Assembly (NCBI GenBank): GCA_964409385.1
Contig: CAYPCY010000001.1
Span: 106,546-170,545, forward strand
Direction of reading: 5' to 3'
Length of the DNA stretch: 64,000 nucleotides
From: an uncultured Methanosarcinales archaeon
GTDB lineage: Archaea; Nanobdellota; Nanobdellia; Woesearchaeales; CAYPCY01
Positions 1 through 7,368 of this stretch are shown here, in pieces. A model generated the notes under the pieces. It made no database searches, was not told the DNA's origin, and worked only from the letters and a program-made list of their open reading frames with translations. A program made the position numbers and the translations under genes. Within the stretch, counting starts at the first letter, position 1. Each line of letters begins with the position of its first letter.

Positions 1-1118
1 GTTCGCCTAGTTTGTTTATTTACAGTAGCGCCTAAAGCACAAGGAGAGTATATTTCTCCCCTATTTTCTGTTAAGAAAATAAACGGATTTTCCTTCCTTT
101 CATCTTCATTATAAAATTTAAAATCCACATTTCTAGATAAATCTCCTAATTCCAGTTTTGCCCTCTTTATGGATGATCTAGTAATATCTGTTGCTATTAC
201 TCTTGCATTTTGATTCACTAAATGCTTCATCACTTCCCTCCCACAATTTCCTATTCCTTCTAATAAGATTATTCTATCTTTCAAAGGATTTTCTTCAATC
301 CTAAAAACTCTTTTTGCTCCTTCAATCATACTATAAATAGTTCCTATAGCCGTATATGGAGAAGGATTTCCAGTCCCTCCTAGAGTTAGCGACTTACAAA
401 TAGCATATTTTGTAGTTTGGAACATTTCATCAAAATCAGAACATTTAGTTCCTACATCTTCAGCAGTATAGTATGGATGTACATTTCTTGAGATTCTTTT
501 TTTATTTATTATGTTTAACGCAATTGCTAATTCCCAATTTGCATCATTTCTTTTTTTATTATATTTTTTTGAAAATTCCTCATTCTCTAATTGTTCCTTC
601 TTCGGTTTTATATTAGACCTTGCTGATTTTCCCCCTCCCGAATTGGTTTCATTAATTGCACCTTTATAGGTCATTCCTTCAGCCAACCTCAAACAATCTA
701 TGAGCATAGAATCATTATGGAAATTCCCATATTCCTTCTTGTAGTCATACTCTCTCAAACCTCCAATTCCAGGCCCTAAAACATGATTATGCATAACAAA
801 TAATTGTGGCAGATTACTTTGTTTAGAATATACAAAAACAACTTCTCCATCACCATCTTTCTCCCTGAAGTTATGCTCTCTCATATACTTTCTTAATGAA
901 GTATAATGTATTTTTTCCTGATGCGTCATTCTATTAGTTGTATCAACGAAAAGAACATCATCAATATTTGATAAATCGTCAGATTTTTGACATTTGTCCT
1001 CTTTAGTAATATAATGATTTATTTTATTAGAAGTTACAGAAATTATATGAACCTCTTTAGCCCTAGAAGTTTTTCTTAAATTAGAGTATAATTCCCTAAC
1101 CGTAAGTTCTACACCCAT
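1..1118 (-). CDS. Glu/Leu/Phe/Val dehydrogenase family protein, partial (C-terminus runs off the window start)
   Basis: Minus-strand translation starting at ATG 1118 reads MGVELTVRELY...VFVYSK...LFVMHNHVLGPGIGGLREY...MTYKGAINETNSGGGKSARSNIKPKK...ILLEGIGNCGREVMKHL. The G-x-x-GG-L-R and GGGK-S motifs of the GDH/LeuDH dimerisation domain and a Rossmann GxGxxG are present. It is missing from the ORF track because it is truncated by the window edge. Confidence 0.7.
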   Translation of the reverse strand, partial: MGVELTVRELYSNLRKTSRAKEVHIISVTSNKINHYITKEDKCQKSDDLSNIDDVLFVDTTNRMTHQEKIHYTSLRKYMREHNFREKDGDGEVVFVYSKQSNLPQLFVMHNHVLGPGIGGLREYDYKKEYGNFHNDSMLIDCLRLAEGMTYKGAINETNSGGGKSARSNIKPKKEQLENEEFSKKYNKKRNDANWELAIALNIINKKRISRNVHPYYTAEDVGTKCSDFDEMFQTTKYAICKSLTLGGTGNPSPYTAIGTIYSMIEGAKRVFRIEENPLKDRIILLEGIGNCGREVMKHLVNQNARVIATDITRSSIKRAKLELGDLSRNVDFKFYNEDERKENPFIFLTENRGEIYSPCALGATVNKQTRR

Positions 1119-1148
1119 ACCCTTAGTAATTGTTAAAGATTTAAAAAA

Positions 1149-1475
1149 TTAAGCGTTAACTTTAAAGAATGAAATTGATAATGGATATCTCCATAACTTA
1201 CTATCTCCTGCCTTAACTGCTGCAATTATACAAAATATTGTATTTAATATTGCTAATAGAAACATTGTTACAAAACCTATCAATATTAATACTAAAATAA
1301 AAGATATTACAAAATATATTAAGAGACTGAATTGCCAATTTAATGCTAGTCTTGCATGGTTTTTCACATATTCATCCTTAGTTACTAAAAGAATTATTAA
1401 TGGACCTAAAAAACCAGTAATTAATCCTAAAACATGAGTTAGTACTGGTAAAACATTATCTTGTGATTCTGTCAT
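1149..1475 (-). CDS. small integral membrane protein (3-4 predicted TM helices), function unknown
   Basis: 108-aa ORF, strongly hydrophobic (LPVLTHVLGLITGFLGPLIILLV..., FSLLIYFVISFILVLILIGFVTMFLLAIL), lying just upstream of the dehydrogenase on the same strand. Confidence 0.45.
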   Translation of the reverse strand: MTESQDNVLPVLTHVLGLITGFLGPLIILLVTKDEYVKNHARLALNWQFSLLIYFVISFILVLILIGFVTMFLLAILNTIFCIIAAVKAGDSKLWRYPLSISFFKVNA

Positions 1476-1536
1476 AAACTTAATTTGTTTTTTTATTTAT
1501 ATAATTTTGTATTTAGAAGAATGAGTCTGGTAGAAT

Positions 1537-1634
1537 CGAGTGTTAATGGGCCTGCGGAGATTTGAACTCCGGACCACTCGATTTCTATAAAGAATATATC
1601 AGTCGAGCACTCTACCAGACTGAGCCACAGGCCC
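1537..1634 (-). tRNA. tRNA-Ile (anticodon GAU) with a ~14-nt intron at the canonical 37/38 position
   Basis: Minus-strand reading: GGGCCTG-T-G-GCTC-AGTCTGGTA-GAGT-G-CTCGA-CTGATA[intron]...TCGAG-TGGTC-CGGAG-TTCAAAT-CTCCG-CAGGCCC-A. Clean acceptor, D and T arms. The anticodon stem CTCGA/TCGAG is interrupted by ATTCTTTATAGAAA-like inserted sequence. Confidence 0.7.
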
Positions 1635-1690
1635 ATAGGTGTTTGAGACTAATATTTCATTTATAATAGTTTTGCTTTTAATAGAAAATA

Positions 1691-1709
1691 GAGGCTCAAA
1701 AAGAGCCTC
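1691..1709. terminator. perfect 7-bp stem / 5-nt loop hairpin (GAGGCTC-aaaaa-GAGCCTC) between the two tRNA genes
   Basis: Seen directly in the sequence. It sits 6 nt beyond the 3' end of tRNA-Asn on the transcribed strand. Confidence 0.3.
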
Positions 1710-1714
1710 AAGAG

Positions 1715-1827
1715 CGCCTCCGACCAGGATCGAACTGGTGACCTTGCGGTTACTTTCGAACTCGTTTTGAAAGTTCAAAACGAAGTTTTGTTAACAGCCG
1801 CACGCTCTACCGCTAAGCTACGGAGGC
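1715..1827 (-). tRNA. tRNA-Asn (anticodon GUU) with a ~41-nt intron after position 37
   Basis: Minus-strand reading: GCCTCCG-TA-GCTT-AGCGGTA-GAGC-G-TGCGG-CTGTTA[intron ACAAAACTTCG...AAAGTA]A-CCGCA-AGGTC-ACCAG-TTCGATC-CTGGT-CGGAGGC-G. All arms pair, and the intron is at the canonical archaeal position. Confidence 0.8.
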
Positions 1828-1952
1828 TTAATAGTATGCTTGACCGTAGGGAAACATACATTCCCGATCAAACCTGAAAAGGTTTGCTACGGAGGCACAA
1901 AATTATGAATTCAATCTTATTTTATAAAAGTTTTGGAATATTCAACAACCTA

Positions 1953-1984
1953 CTGTATTCAAAGAATACAGAAGTTCAAAATGC
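1953..1984. repeat. 32-nt hairpin-plus-flank element; an inverted copy of it lies at 4397..4428
   Basis: ctgtattcaaagaatacagaagttcaaaatgc. Its reverse complement matches 4397..4428 at 28 of 32 positions (attttgaacttctgtattctt-gaataca). The core is a 7-8 bp stem-loop. Confidence 0.6.
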
Positions 1985-2009
1985 ATTTTACACATTTTTC
2001 AACTCATGA

Positions 2010-3914
2010 TCACAATATGTAACAATTAGTTTTTTTCTCTCCTCCAACTCTCCCTCCGAAAGAGTCTGAATATGCTAATTCTCCAAAATCTACTGTGATT
2101 TCCATCAAATTATTATTTTTTATTTTTTTAATTTCTTCATTTGTGAATCTATTTGTTAAATTTTCAGGAACTGCTAGTTTTTTGTTTGCATTTTCTGAAA
2201 TTTCTTTTATTTCATTAAGAATTCCTATGTTTTCTCCATAAATATCATCTATAACAACATATTCATCAGTAGTCCACAATAATGCTCGTTTTAAGTCTTT
2301 TCCTTCTGCAGTTGCGATTAATGGTATAACATTAGGATTATCTGCCATTTTTATTAGACAATCAGAGTTTGATCTTCTAAGATTCAAACAGGTTTCTCTT
2401 GGTTCATGTCCTATAAATGCGAAATCTCTCAAACTATATGCAGTTCTGAATGTTATTGAATTTGTTGTTATTGAACTATTATTTTGAAATGTTAAAACAT
2501 ATTCTAAATGTTCAATTGCGTCTTGAATATTTTTATTATTTCCTTCAATTATTTTTAAAATTTGACTAGAATTTTTCATCATATTAGTATAGAATTTACA
2601 ATTAATATTTTCTTTTTCGAGCAATTTTATCGCTTCGTCATAACTATCTTGAATTTTGTCTTCAATATTAATTTTTATGCCCTCAATATTCTTTTCTGAA
2701 AAATATTCTATTTCAGGAGTTATTGATCTATAACTGAATATATCTTCATTCATTAATAATGATGCAGTGAATCTTTTGGTTTCATCTAATTTTTTATTTT
2801 TTTCATATCCTGAAAATATATAATTTAAATCTTTTTCATTTATTGATATGGTTGTAATATTAAAATAATCTTTTACTATTTTACTAATTTCTTTTTCTAA
2901 CTTGTTAATATTTCCAATATTTTCTTTTTTTGAAAATTCATTTAGAAATTCTATAATTGTATCTCCATATATTGAGTGTAAGTCTCCCATTCTGTTAAAG
3001 AATTTGCTTTTTTTCTTTTTCCCTAAATAATATGTTTTTTCTAGAAGATTTTTATCTTTATCCAATGTTATTAGAACATTTACTGAATTATTCATATTTC
3101 TTCTTGATCCTCTTTCAATCAAATGCGTGAATATTTCTCTTGCTTTATTTGATAAATCACTTTCATGTTTTGCATAATTTTCTAAATTTTTAAATCTGAA
3201 TCCTCTTTTTATTCCTATAGGTAATTTTCCTATAAATTCTTTATTCTCAATATTTTCAAGAATTCCTGTAATCTTTTCTAGTTCCCAGTATGTATTCCAT
3301 CCTTTTTCTAAGGCAATTTCATAAATTTTTTGATATTCTCTCTTATAATTCATATTTTTTATTAATTCTAGACTTGTTGAATAATGACCGCCTCTAATTC
3401 CCGCCTTTGCTAATTCAATAATATGTTTTGGTTCTTTGTCAAAACTTTCGATAATATCATCTATATCGTAGGAATAATTTTTTTTGGAATTGAATAAGTC
3501 TCTTAACAAGCCCATATTTTTATCTTCTGTCGTATTTATCTTATCTAAAATTTCATGTAATACCCAAGAATATTTGGTAATTCTTTCAGTATATTTATTA
3601 TTTTTAAGAATTTCAGTTACTAAGTCTATCCTGTTTTCATCCACACTTAATAATTTATAGTCTGTTTTTACATTCCTTCCTAGATAGACAAGTCCTGTTC
3701 CTGCAAATACTATTGAAGACACTATTTCTGGATATTCTTTGATTGCTGAAGACGTTGCAATAGCCAAATTTAATCCTGCCAATCCAGACCATTTAATATC
3801 TTCTTTAAAATTATTCTTATGAATTTCAAAAAGTAAGTCTGTATGAGTTTTATTAGTTAAATTCTTACTTATCTTCTTAAGATTTCTTCCCGTTTCCAAT
3901 ATTTTTTCTAGCAT
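2010..3914 (-). CDS. hypothetical protein, 634 aa, no recognisable domain
   Basis: Long uninterrupted ORF with normal Lys/Asn/Ile-rich composition for this genome. No motif was recognised by eye. It is flanked by tRNA genes and by the inverted hairpin repeats. Confidence 0.55.
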   Translation of the reverse strand: MLEKILETGRNLKKISKNLTNKTHTDLLFEIHKNNFKEDIKWSGLAGLNLAIATSSAIKEYPEIVSSIVFAGTGLVYLGRNVKTDYKLLSVDENRIDLVTEILKNNKYTERITKYSWVLHEILDKINTTEDKNMGLLRDLFNSKKNYSYDIDDIIESFDKEPKHIIELAKAGIRGGHYSTSLELIKNMNYKREYQKIYEIALEKGWNTYWELEKITGILENIENKEFIGKLPIGIKRGFRFKNLENYAKHESDLSNKAREIFTHLIERGSRRNMNNSVNVLITLDKDKNLLEKTYYLGKKKKSKFFNRMGDLHSIYGDTIIEFLNEFSKKENIGNINKLEKEISKIVKDYFNITTISINEKDLNYIFSGYEKNKKLDETKRFTASLLMNEDIFSYRSITPEIEYFSEKNIEGIKINIEDKIQDSYDEAIKLLEKENINCKFYTNMMKNSSQILKIIEGNNKNIQDAIEHLEYVLTFQNNSSITTNSITFRTAYSLRDFAFIGHEPRETCLNLRRSNSDCLIKMADNPNVIPLIATAEGKDLKRALLWTTDEYVVIDDIYGENIGILNEIKEISENANKKLAVPENLTNRFTNEEIKKIKNNNLMEITVDFGELAYSDSFGGRVGGEKKTNCYIL

Positions 3915-3991
3915 TACGGGGTCTTAAATAATTTAATCTTATTTATATAGCTTATGAAAAGATTTATTTATGATAAATTCTTAATAATTCT

Positions 3992-4378
3992 ATGAAAATC
4001 TTAATAGTTGTTATAATTGTAACTTTACTTGCCCAATTAATCAAATTTTGTCATCATTATTTAATTAGTGGAAAGTTTCGGTTTGAAAAGTTTTTTGAGA
4101 CGGGAGGAATTCCTAGTTCTCATAGTTCTGCAATTTCTGCAATGAGCCTTGCAGTTTATTTCGAAGATGGTTTTTCAACATTATTTTTTGTTAGTTTAAT
4201 AATTGCAGTAATGGTTATTAGGGATTCTTTTGGAATTCGTTATGCTGTAGGTCAGAACACTAGAAGATTGAATGAATTAACTCATAATAATATTAACGAA
4301 ATTAGTGGTCATACTCCTTTCCAAGTTATTGTTGGTATCGTGCTTGGAATTATTGTTTCTTGGATTGCTTATGCATAA
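3992..4378 (+). CDS. divergent PAP2 family membrane protein (DUF212 / YuiD-like acid phosphatase-related)
   Basis: 128 aa with several TM helices and the family-diagnostic GGIPSSHSSAISA motif (GGMPSSHSA in DUF212). Confidence 0.7.
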   Translation: MKILIVVIIVTLLAQLIKFCHHYLISGKFRFEKFFETGGIPSSHSSAISAMSLAVYFEDGFSTLFFVSLIIAVMVIRDSFGIRYAVGQNTRRLNELTHNNINEISGHTPFQVIVGIVLGIIVSWIAYA

Positions 4379-4396
4379 TTACAAAATGTGTTTCAC

Positions 4397-4428
4397 AGAT
4401 TTTGAACTTCTGTATTCTTCGAATACAA
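4397..4428. repeat. inverted copy of the 1953..1984 hairpin element, 3' of the PAP2 gene
   Basis: agattttgaacttctgtattcttcgaatacaa; see the 1953..1984 feature. Confidence 0.6.
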
Positions 4429-4440
4429 TAAGTTATGAAA

Positions 4441-4516
4441 TTGTTTCAATTTCAAACTTTGGAATTTTAAAAAATTCCATAAGTTTCATAATTTCACTTT
4501 GTTAAATTCTGAACTT
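4441..4516. repeat. copy 1 of a ~60-nt palindrome-containing intergenic repeat (second copy at 44122..44195)
   Basis: caaactttggaattttaaaaaattccataagtttcataatttcactttgttaaattctgaactt. It contains a perfect 20-nt palindrome tggaattttaaaaaattcca. Near-identical sequence recurs in circularly permuted order at 44.1 kb. Confidence 0.65.
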
Positions 4517-4574
4517 AGAAATCTCTTTGAGATTTCGTAAGTTTTTTAAATTAATTCTTTATTTTCAATTTCAC

Positions 4575-4588
4575 GCCTCTGTAGCATA
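4575..4588 (+). repeat. 14-nt exact copy of the tRNA-Thr 5' end (GCCTCTGTAGCATA), 50 nt upstream of the gene
   Basis: Exact match to 4638..4651. Confidence 0.7.
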
Positions 4589-4637
4589 CACTGCAATCTA
4601 AGATTGCTGGACGCTCCACAGGCTCATAAAAACACTT

Positions 4638-4710
4638 GCCTCTGTAGCATAGTGGCTAATGCGTCAGCCTTGTAAGCTGAAGATCATGGGTTCAACTCCC
4701 ATCAGAGGCT
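4638..4710 (+). tRNA. tRNA-Thr (anticodon UGU), intronless
   Basis: GCCTCTG-TA-GCAT-AGTGGCTA-ATGC-G-TCAGC-CTTGTAA-GCTGA-AGATC-ATGGG-TTCAACT-CCCAT-CAGAGGC-T. Canonical cloverleaf. Confidence 0.85.
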
Positions 4711-4781
4711 TTTAATATTAACTGTTGAACGAAGTTGTTCATGATCACATTATGAACTCAAGAAATTCTAAATTTCGCAGA

Positions 4782-4800
4782 CAACTCCCATCAGAGGCTT
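4782..4800 (+). repeat. 19-nt exact direct repeat of the tRNA-Thr 3' end (CAACTCCCATCAGAGGCTT), 71 nt downstream of the gene
   Basis: Exact match to 4693..4711. It abuts the stop codon of the minus-strand membrane-protein gene. Confidence 0.8.
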
Positions 4801-5482
4801 ATCCTGTTTCATTAACAAATTGGGAGGTATTCATTGTATTATTTAATACTTCAATAAAATTCGCCACTCCCCAATCTGATTTAAAAACATCTATTAAGAA
4901 AAAGAAAAGAACATCATAAACTGCTGTCATTCCAAAAAGCAATATTAACATTAGTATTGAATGTCTAAACTTAAAAGGGTACAATCCAGTTAGTAAAGCT
5001 ATTATGAACAGTAAGATTGGAATTGATACAAACCAAATAAAGAATAAACTAAATGAGAAAAAAGGAGATAATATTCCTAGTAAAGTTCCCATAACAAAGT
5101 TTTTTCTCCAAGAATTATTAAATTCTGTAGTTGGAAATGCTAAATCTACAGTTATTTTTATTGTTAAAGAATAAATAATAATTTTAGGTATTATTATTAT
5201 TGAAAAAGGAAGTATTAATACTTGATAAGAAGGATTTTTTAATAAAACAAAAGCCAAAGCTCCAGCTAGAAATGCAAAGAACATTATGTAAAAATTATCA
5301 TAGAAAAAATCAAAAAATTTACTTTCAGACTTTGCAAGTTCGGACCTATTAATATTACGTAATGCCTTATCAACTTCTTTTTCAGAAAAATTACTTGATA
5401 GTAGAAAACTTCTTGTTTTACTTGGATGAAGACCTTCCTCTAAAGATTTCTTTGCTAAATCTTCACATTCTTTTAAACTCAT
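4799..5482 (-). CDS. hypothetical polytopic membrane protein with a soluble N-terminal region
   Basis: 227-aa ORF. The N-terminal ~65 aa are hydrophilic, followed by 5-6 hydrophobic helices. Confidence 0.5.
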   Translation of the reverse strand: MSLKECEDLAKKSLEEGLHPSKTRSFLLSSNFSEKEVDKALRNINRSELAKSESKFFDFFYDNFYIMFFAFLAGALAFVLLKNPSYQVLILPFSIIIIPKIIIYSLTIKITVDLAFPTTEFNNSWRKNFVMGTLLGILSPFFSFSLFFIWFVSIPILLFIIALLTGLYPFKFRHSILMLILLFGMTAVYDVLFFFLIDVFKSDWGVANFIEVLNNTMNTSQFVNETG

Positions 5483-5547
5483 TAACTTATGTTTAGCAAG
5501 TCCCTATTTAAATTTAACTTTTTGAAAATATCTTTACTAATTTAATA

Positions 5548-5560
5548 GCAAATTATAAAT
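5548..5560 (+). promoter_or_regulatory. candidate BRE/TATA box (gcaaaTTATAAATa) ~28 nt upstream of the pilin-like ATG, implying a leaderless transcript
   Basis: The TATA-like octamer ttataaat at 5553..5560 is spaced as in archaeal promoters relative to the ATG at 5584. The AT-rich background reduces its specificity. Confidence 0.3.
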
Positions 5561-5583
5561 AGTGTTCTTCCAAATTATTAGCT

Positions 5584-6531
5584 ATGAAAAAAGGTCAAGT
5601 TGCTACAGAATTCTTAACTACTTACGGTTGGGCTATAATGCTTATTTTATTAGCAATGAGCGTATTGTTTTATTTTGGTTTCTTTGATATTGATGTTTTT
5701 ATTGAGGATTCTTGTTTTTTTGGTCAGAATTTTGGAGAGTGTGATGAATTTACTAGAGTTGGAGACAAAATTTTTATCAAATTAACTAATAATGGACTCC
5801 AAAACTTGACTTTTCATGCTTGTAATGTTTCTGTTCAGGATTGTGAGACTTCTTGTTCTTTTGATGAAGAAGATTTTGCTATTGAGAGAGTTTGGGAACC
5901 TTATACTCAAAAAGTGTTGAGTTTTTCCTGTCCTGCCTTGTTAGAAGATATAGATTCAAATATTGAATTAACATTCAGTCTTTCTGACAGTGATAGAATA
6001 CACTCTTTAAAAGGAAAACTTATTAGTTCTATGAAAAAACAAGATGATATTTATAACGAGAATGATATTCTAGGATGTACTACTCCTACCGCGTCTAACT
6101 ATGATCCTGAGGCTACTGTTGATGACGGTAGTTGTGAATATTTACCATTTATTAATTCATTCAGCATTAATGATGTTAGTGATCAGTTAGAGTTTTATTT
6201 TCCTGAAGGAACTCCTTTAAATTTTGAATTTGTTCTTTATGATCATTATCCTTCCGAGAATATGGAAGCTTGGTTTACTGGTCCTTTAGCTAATTTAGGA
6301 TCTCTTAATATTCCTAATATATGTATTTCTCATAGCGACTCTCTTAATACTTATTCTTGTGGTGGTGAATTTAATTGCCCAGGTGATGAACCTTGTCAAT
6401 TTACATTAACAATTTCTAACGTTCCTGGCTTGTCAGAAGGAGAATATGAGTATGATATAATGCTTACTCAACAACCTGGTACTACAGAATTTACTGATTT
6501 AGCTTTTAACATTAATTTTTATGACCCTTAG
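5584..6531 (+). CDS. archaeal type IV pilin-like protein with a class III (prepilin-type) signal peptide and a Cys-rich extracellular domain
   Basis: The N-terminus MKKGQVATEFLTTYGWAIMLILLAMSV matches the class III signal peptide pattern (KG-Q-x-x-x-E-F/Y-L followed by a hydrophobic helix). The mature part is Cys-rich and contains a GCTTPTASNYDPEATVDDGSCEY motif. It ends at a single TAG. Confidence 0.7.
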   Translation: MKKGQVATEFLTTYGWAIMLILLAMSVLFYFGFFDIDVFIEDSCFFGQNFGECDEFTRVGDKIFIKLTNNGLQNLTFHACNVSVQDCETSCSFDEEDFAIERVWEPYTQKVLSFSCPALLEDIDSNIELTFSLSDSDRIHSLKGKLISSMKKQDDIYNENDILGCTTPTASNYDPEATVDDGSCEYLPFINSFSINDVSDQLEFYFPEGTPLNFEFVLYDHYPSENMEAWFTGPLANLGSLNIPNICISHSDSLNTYSCGGEFNCPGDEPCQFTLTISNVPGLSEGEYEYDIMLTQQPGTTEFTDLAFNINFYDP

Positions 6532-7350
6532 GGTTGTACTGATTCTTCCGCTTGTAATTATGACCCTGCTGCTGAGATTGATGATAATAGTTGTGAGAGT
6601 ACGGATACTTATTATTTGGATTGGGATGGAGATAGTTTTGGAGATCCTTATGTTGGTGTTGAAAGTTGTGGTTATCCTGACTGTGATGGTCCTGAAAATG
6701 AAATTGGAAATCCAACTTGTTATTCTAATGCTCATGGAGATTGTGATGATACAACTTCATTAATTCATCCTAATATTATTGAAGATGGTTCTTATTGTTT
6801 TGATGATTTAGATAATGATTGTGATGGTTTTATTGATTTTTGCAGTATTAAGTGTGACGAGGATGACCTTCCTCCTGGAACTTCAATTTCTGGTTGTGGA
6901 ATTAAGGAATCTGCTTGTGATGATGGTCTTGATAATGATAATGATGGTAATATTGACTTGTGCGATTCTGACTGTGGTTGTGGATCTGCTATTAAGATAG
7001 GTTGTGAATGTTATAACTGTGATATAGAACCTTACGCTGTTGGTAGTGTTTATTGTTTTGATCCTGGATCTTCAATTAATCTAGAATTTTCTTTAATTAA
7101 TAGTGATACAGGTTCTCCATTAAGTAATTGTAACAGTGTAGAATTTCATGAGAATTTAGGAACTAATAATGTTTATTATAATTTGCTTTCTCCGGGTTGT
7201 ACTACAACTTTAAATCTTGATGAAGCATTAGGAAATCTTGGCTTGCTTGACATTCCAAGATTCAAAATAGACTATGCTTACTATGATTATAGTAGTGAGG
7301 CAACATGTGGTTTTGATATTTACAATACTGGAAATCCTGAATGTACTTAA
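6532..7350 (+). CDS. Cys/Asp-rich repeat protein carrying 'putative metal-binding motif'-type C-x-D-x-D-N-D-C-D-G repeats; same frame as 5584..6531, separated from it only by one TAG
   Basis: Translation directly after the TAG reads GCTDSSACNYDPAAEIDDNSCES (a repeat of the motif in the upstream ORF), then DCDGPENE...DCDDTTSL...DDLDNDCDGFIDFC...CDDGLDNDNDGNIDLCDSDCGCG. There is no ATG start; the ORF track used TTG at 6616. Confidence 0.55.
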   Translation, partial: GCTDSSACNYDPAAEIDDNSCESTDTYYLDWDGDSFGDPYVGVESCGYPDCDGPENEIGNPTCYSNAHGDCDDTTSLIHPNIIEDGSYCFDDLDNDCDGFIDFCSIKCDEDDLPPGTSISGCGIKESACDDGLDNDNDGNIDLCDSDCGCGSAIKIGCECYNCDIEPYAVGSVYCFDPGSSINLEFSLINSDTGSPLSNCNSVEFHENLGTNNVYYNLLSPGCTTTLNLDEALGNLGLLDIPRFKIDYAYYDYSSEATCGFDIYNTGNPECT

Positions 7351-7368
7351 ATACTTAACAACAAACTT

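Noticed and set aside
4725-4919. 64-aa plus-strand ORF spanning the tRNA-Thr 3'-end repeat and the membrane-protein gene end
   Set aside because: Overlaps the 3' end of 4799..5482 on the opposite strand; no start context and a Lys-rich tail that looks like antisense coding.
6499-7000. Overlapping ORFs 6499..6735(-), 6512..6715(-), 6521..6763(+) and 6815..7000(+) in the Cys/Asp-repeat region
   Set aside because: Alternative-frame translations of the gat/tgt-rich repeat region produce Ile/Leu/Val- or His/Asn-rich artefacts. The frame continuous with the pilin-like gene carries a recognisable repeat architecture and is preferred.
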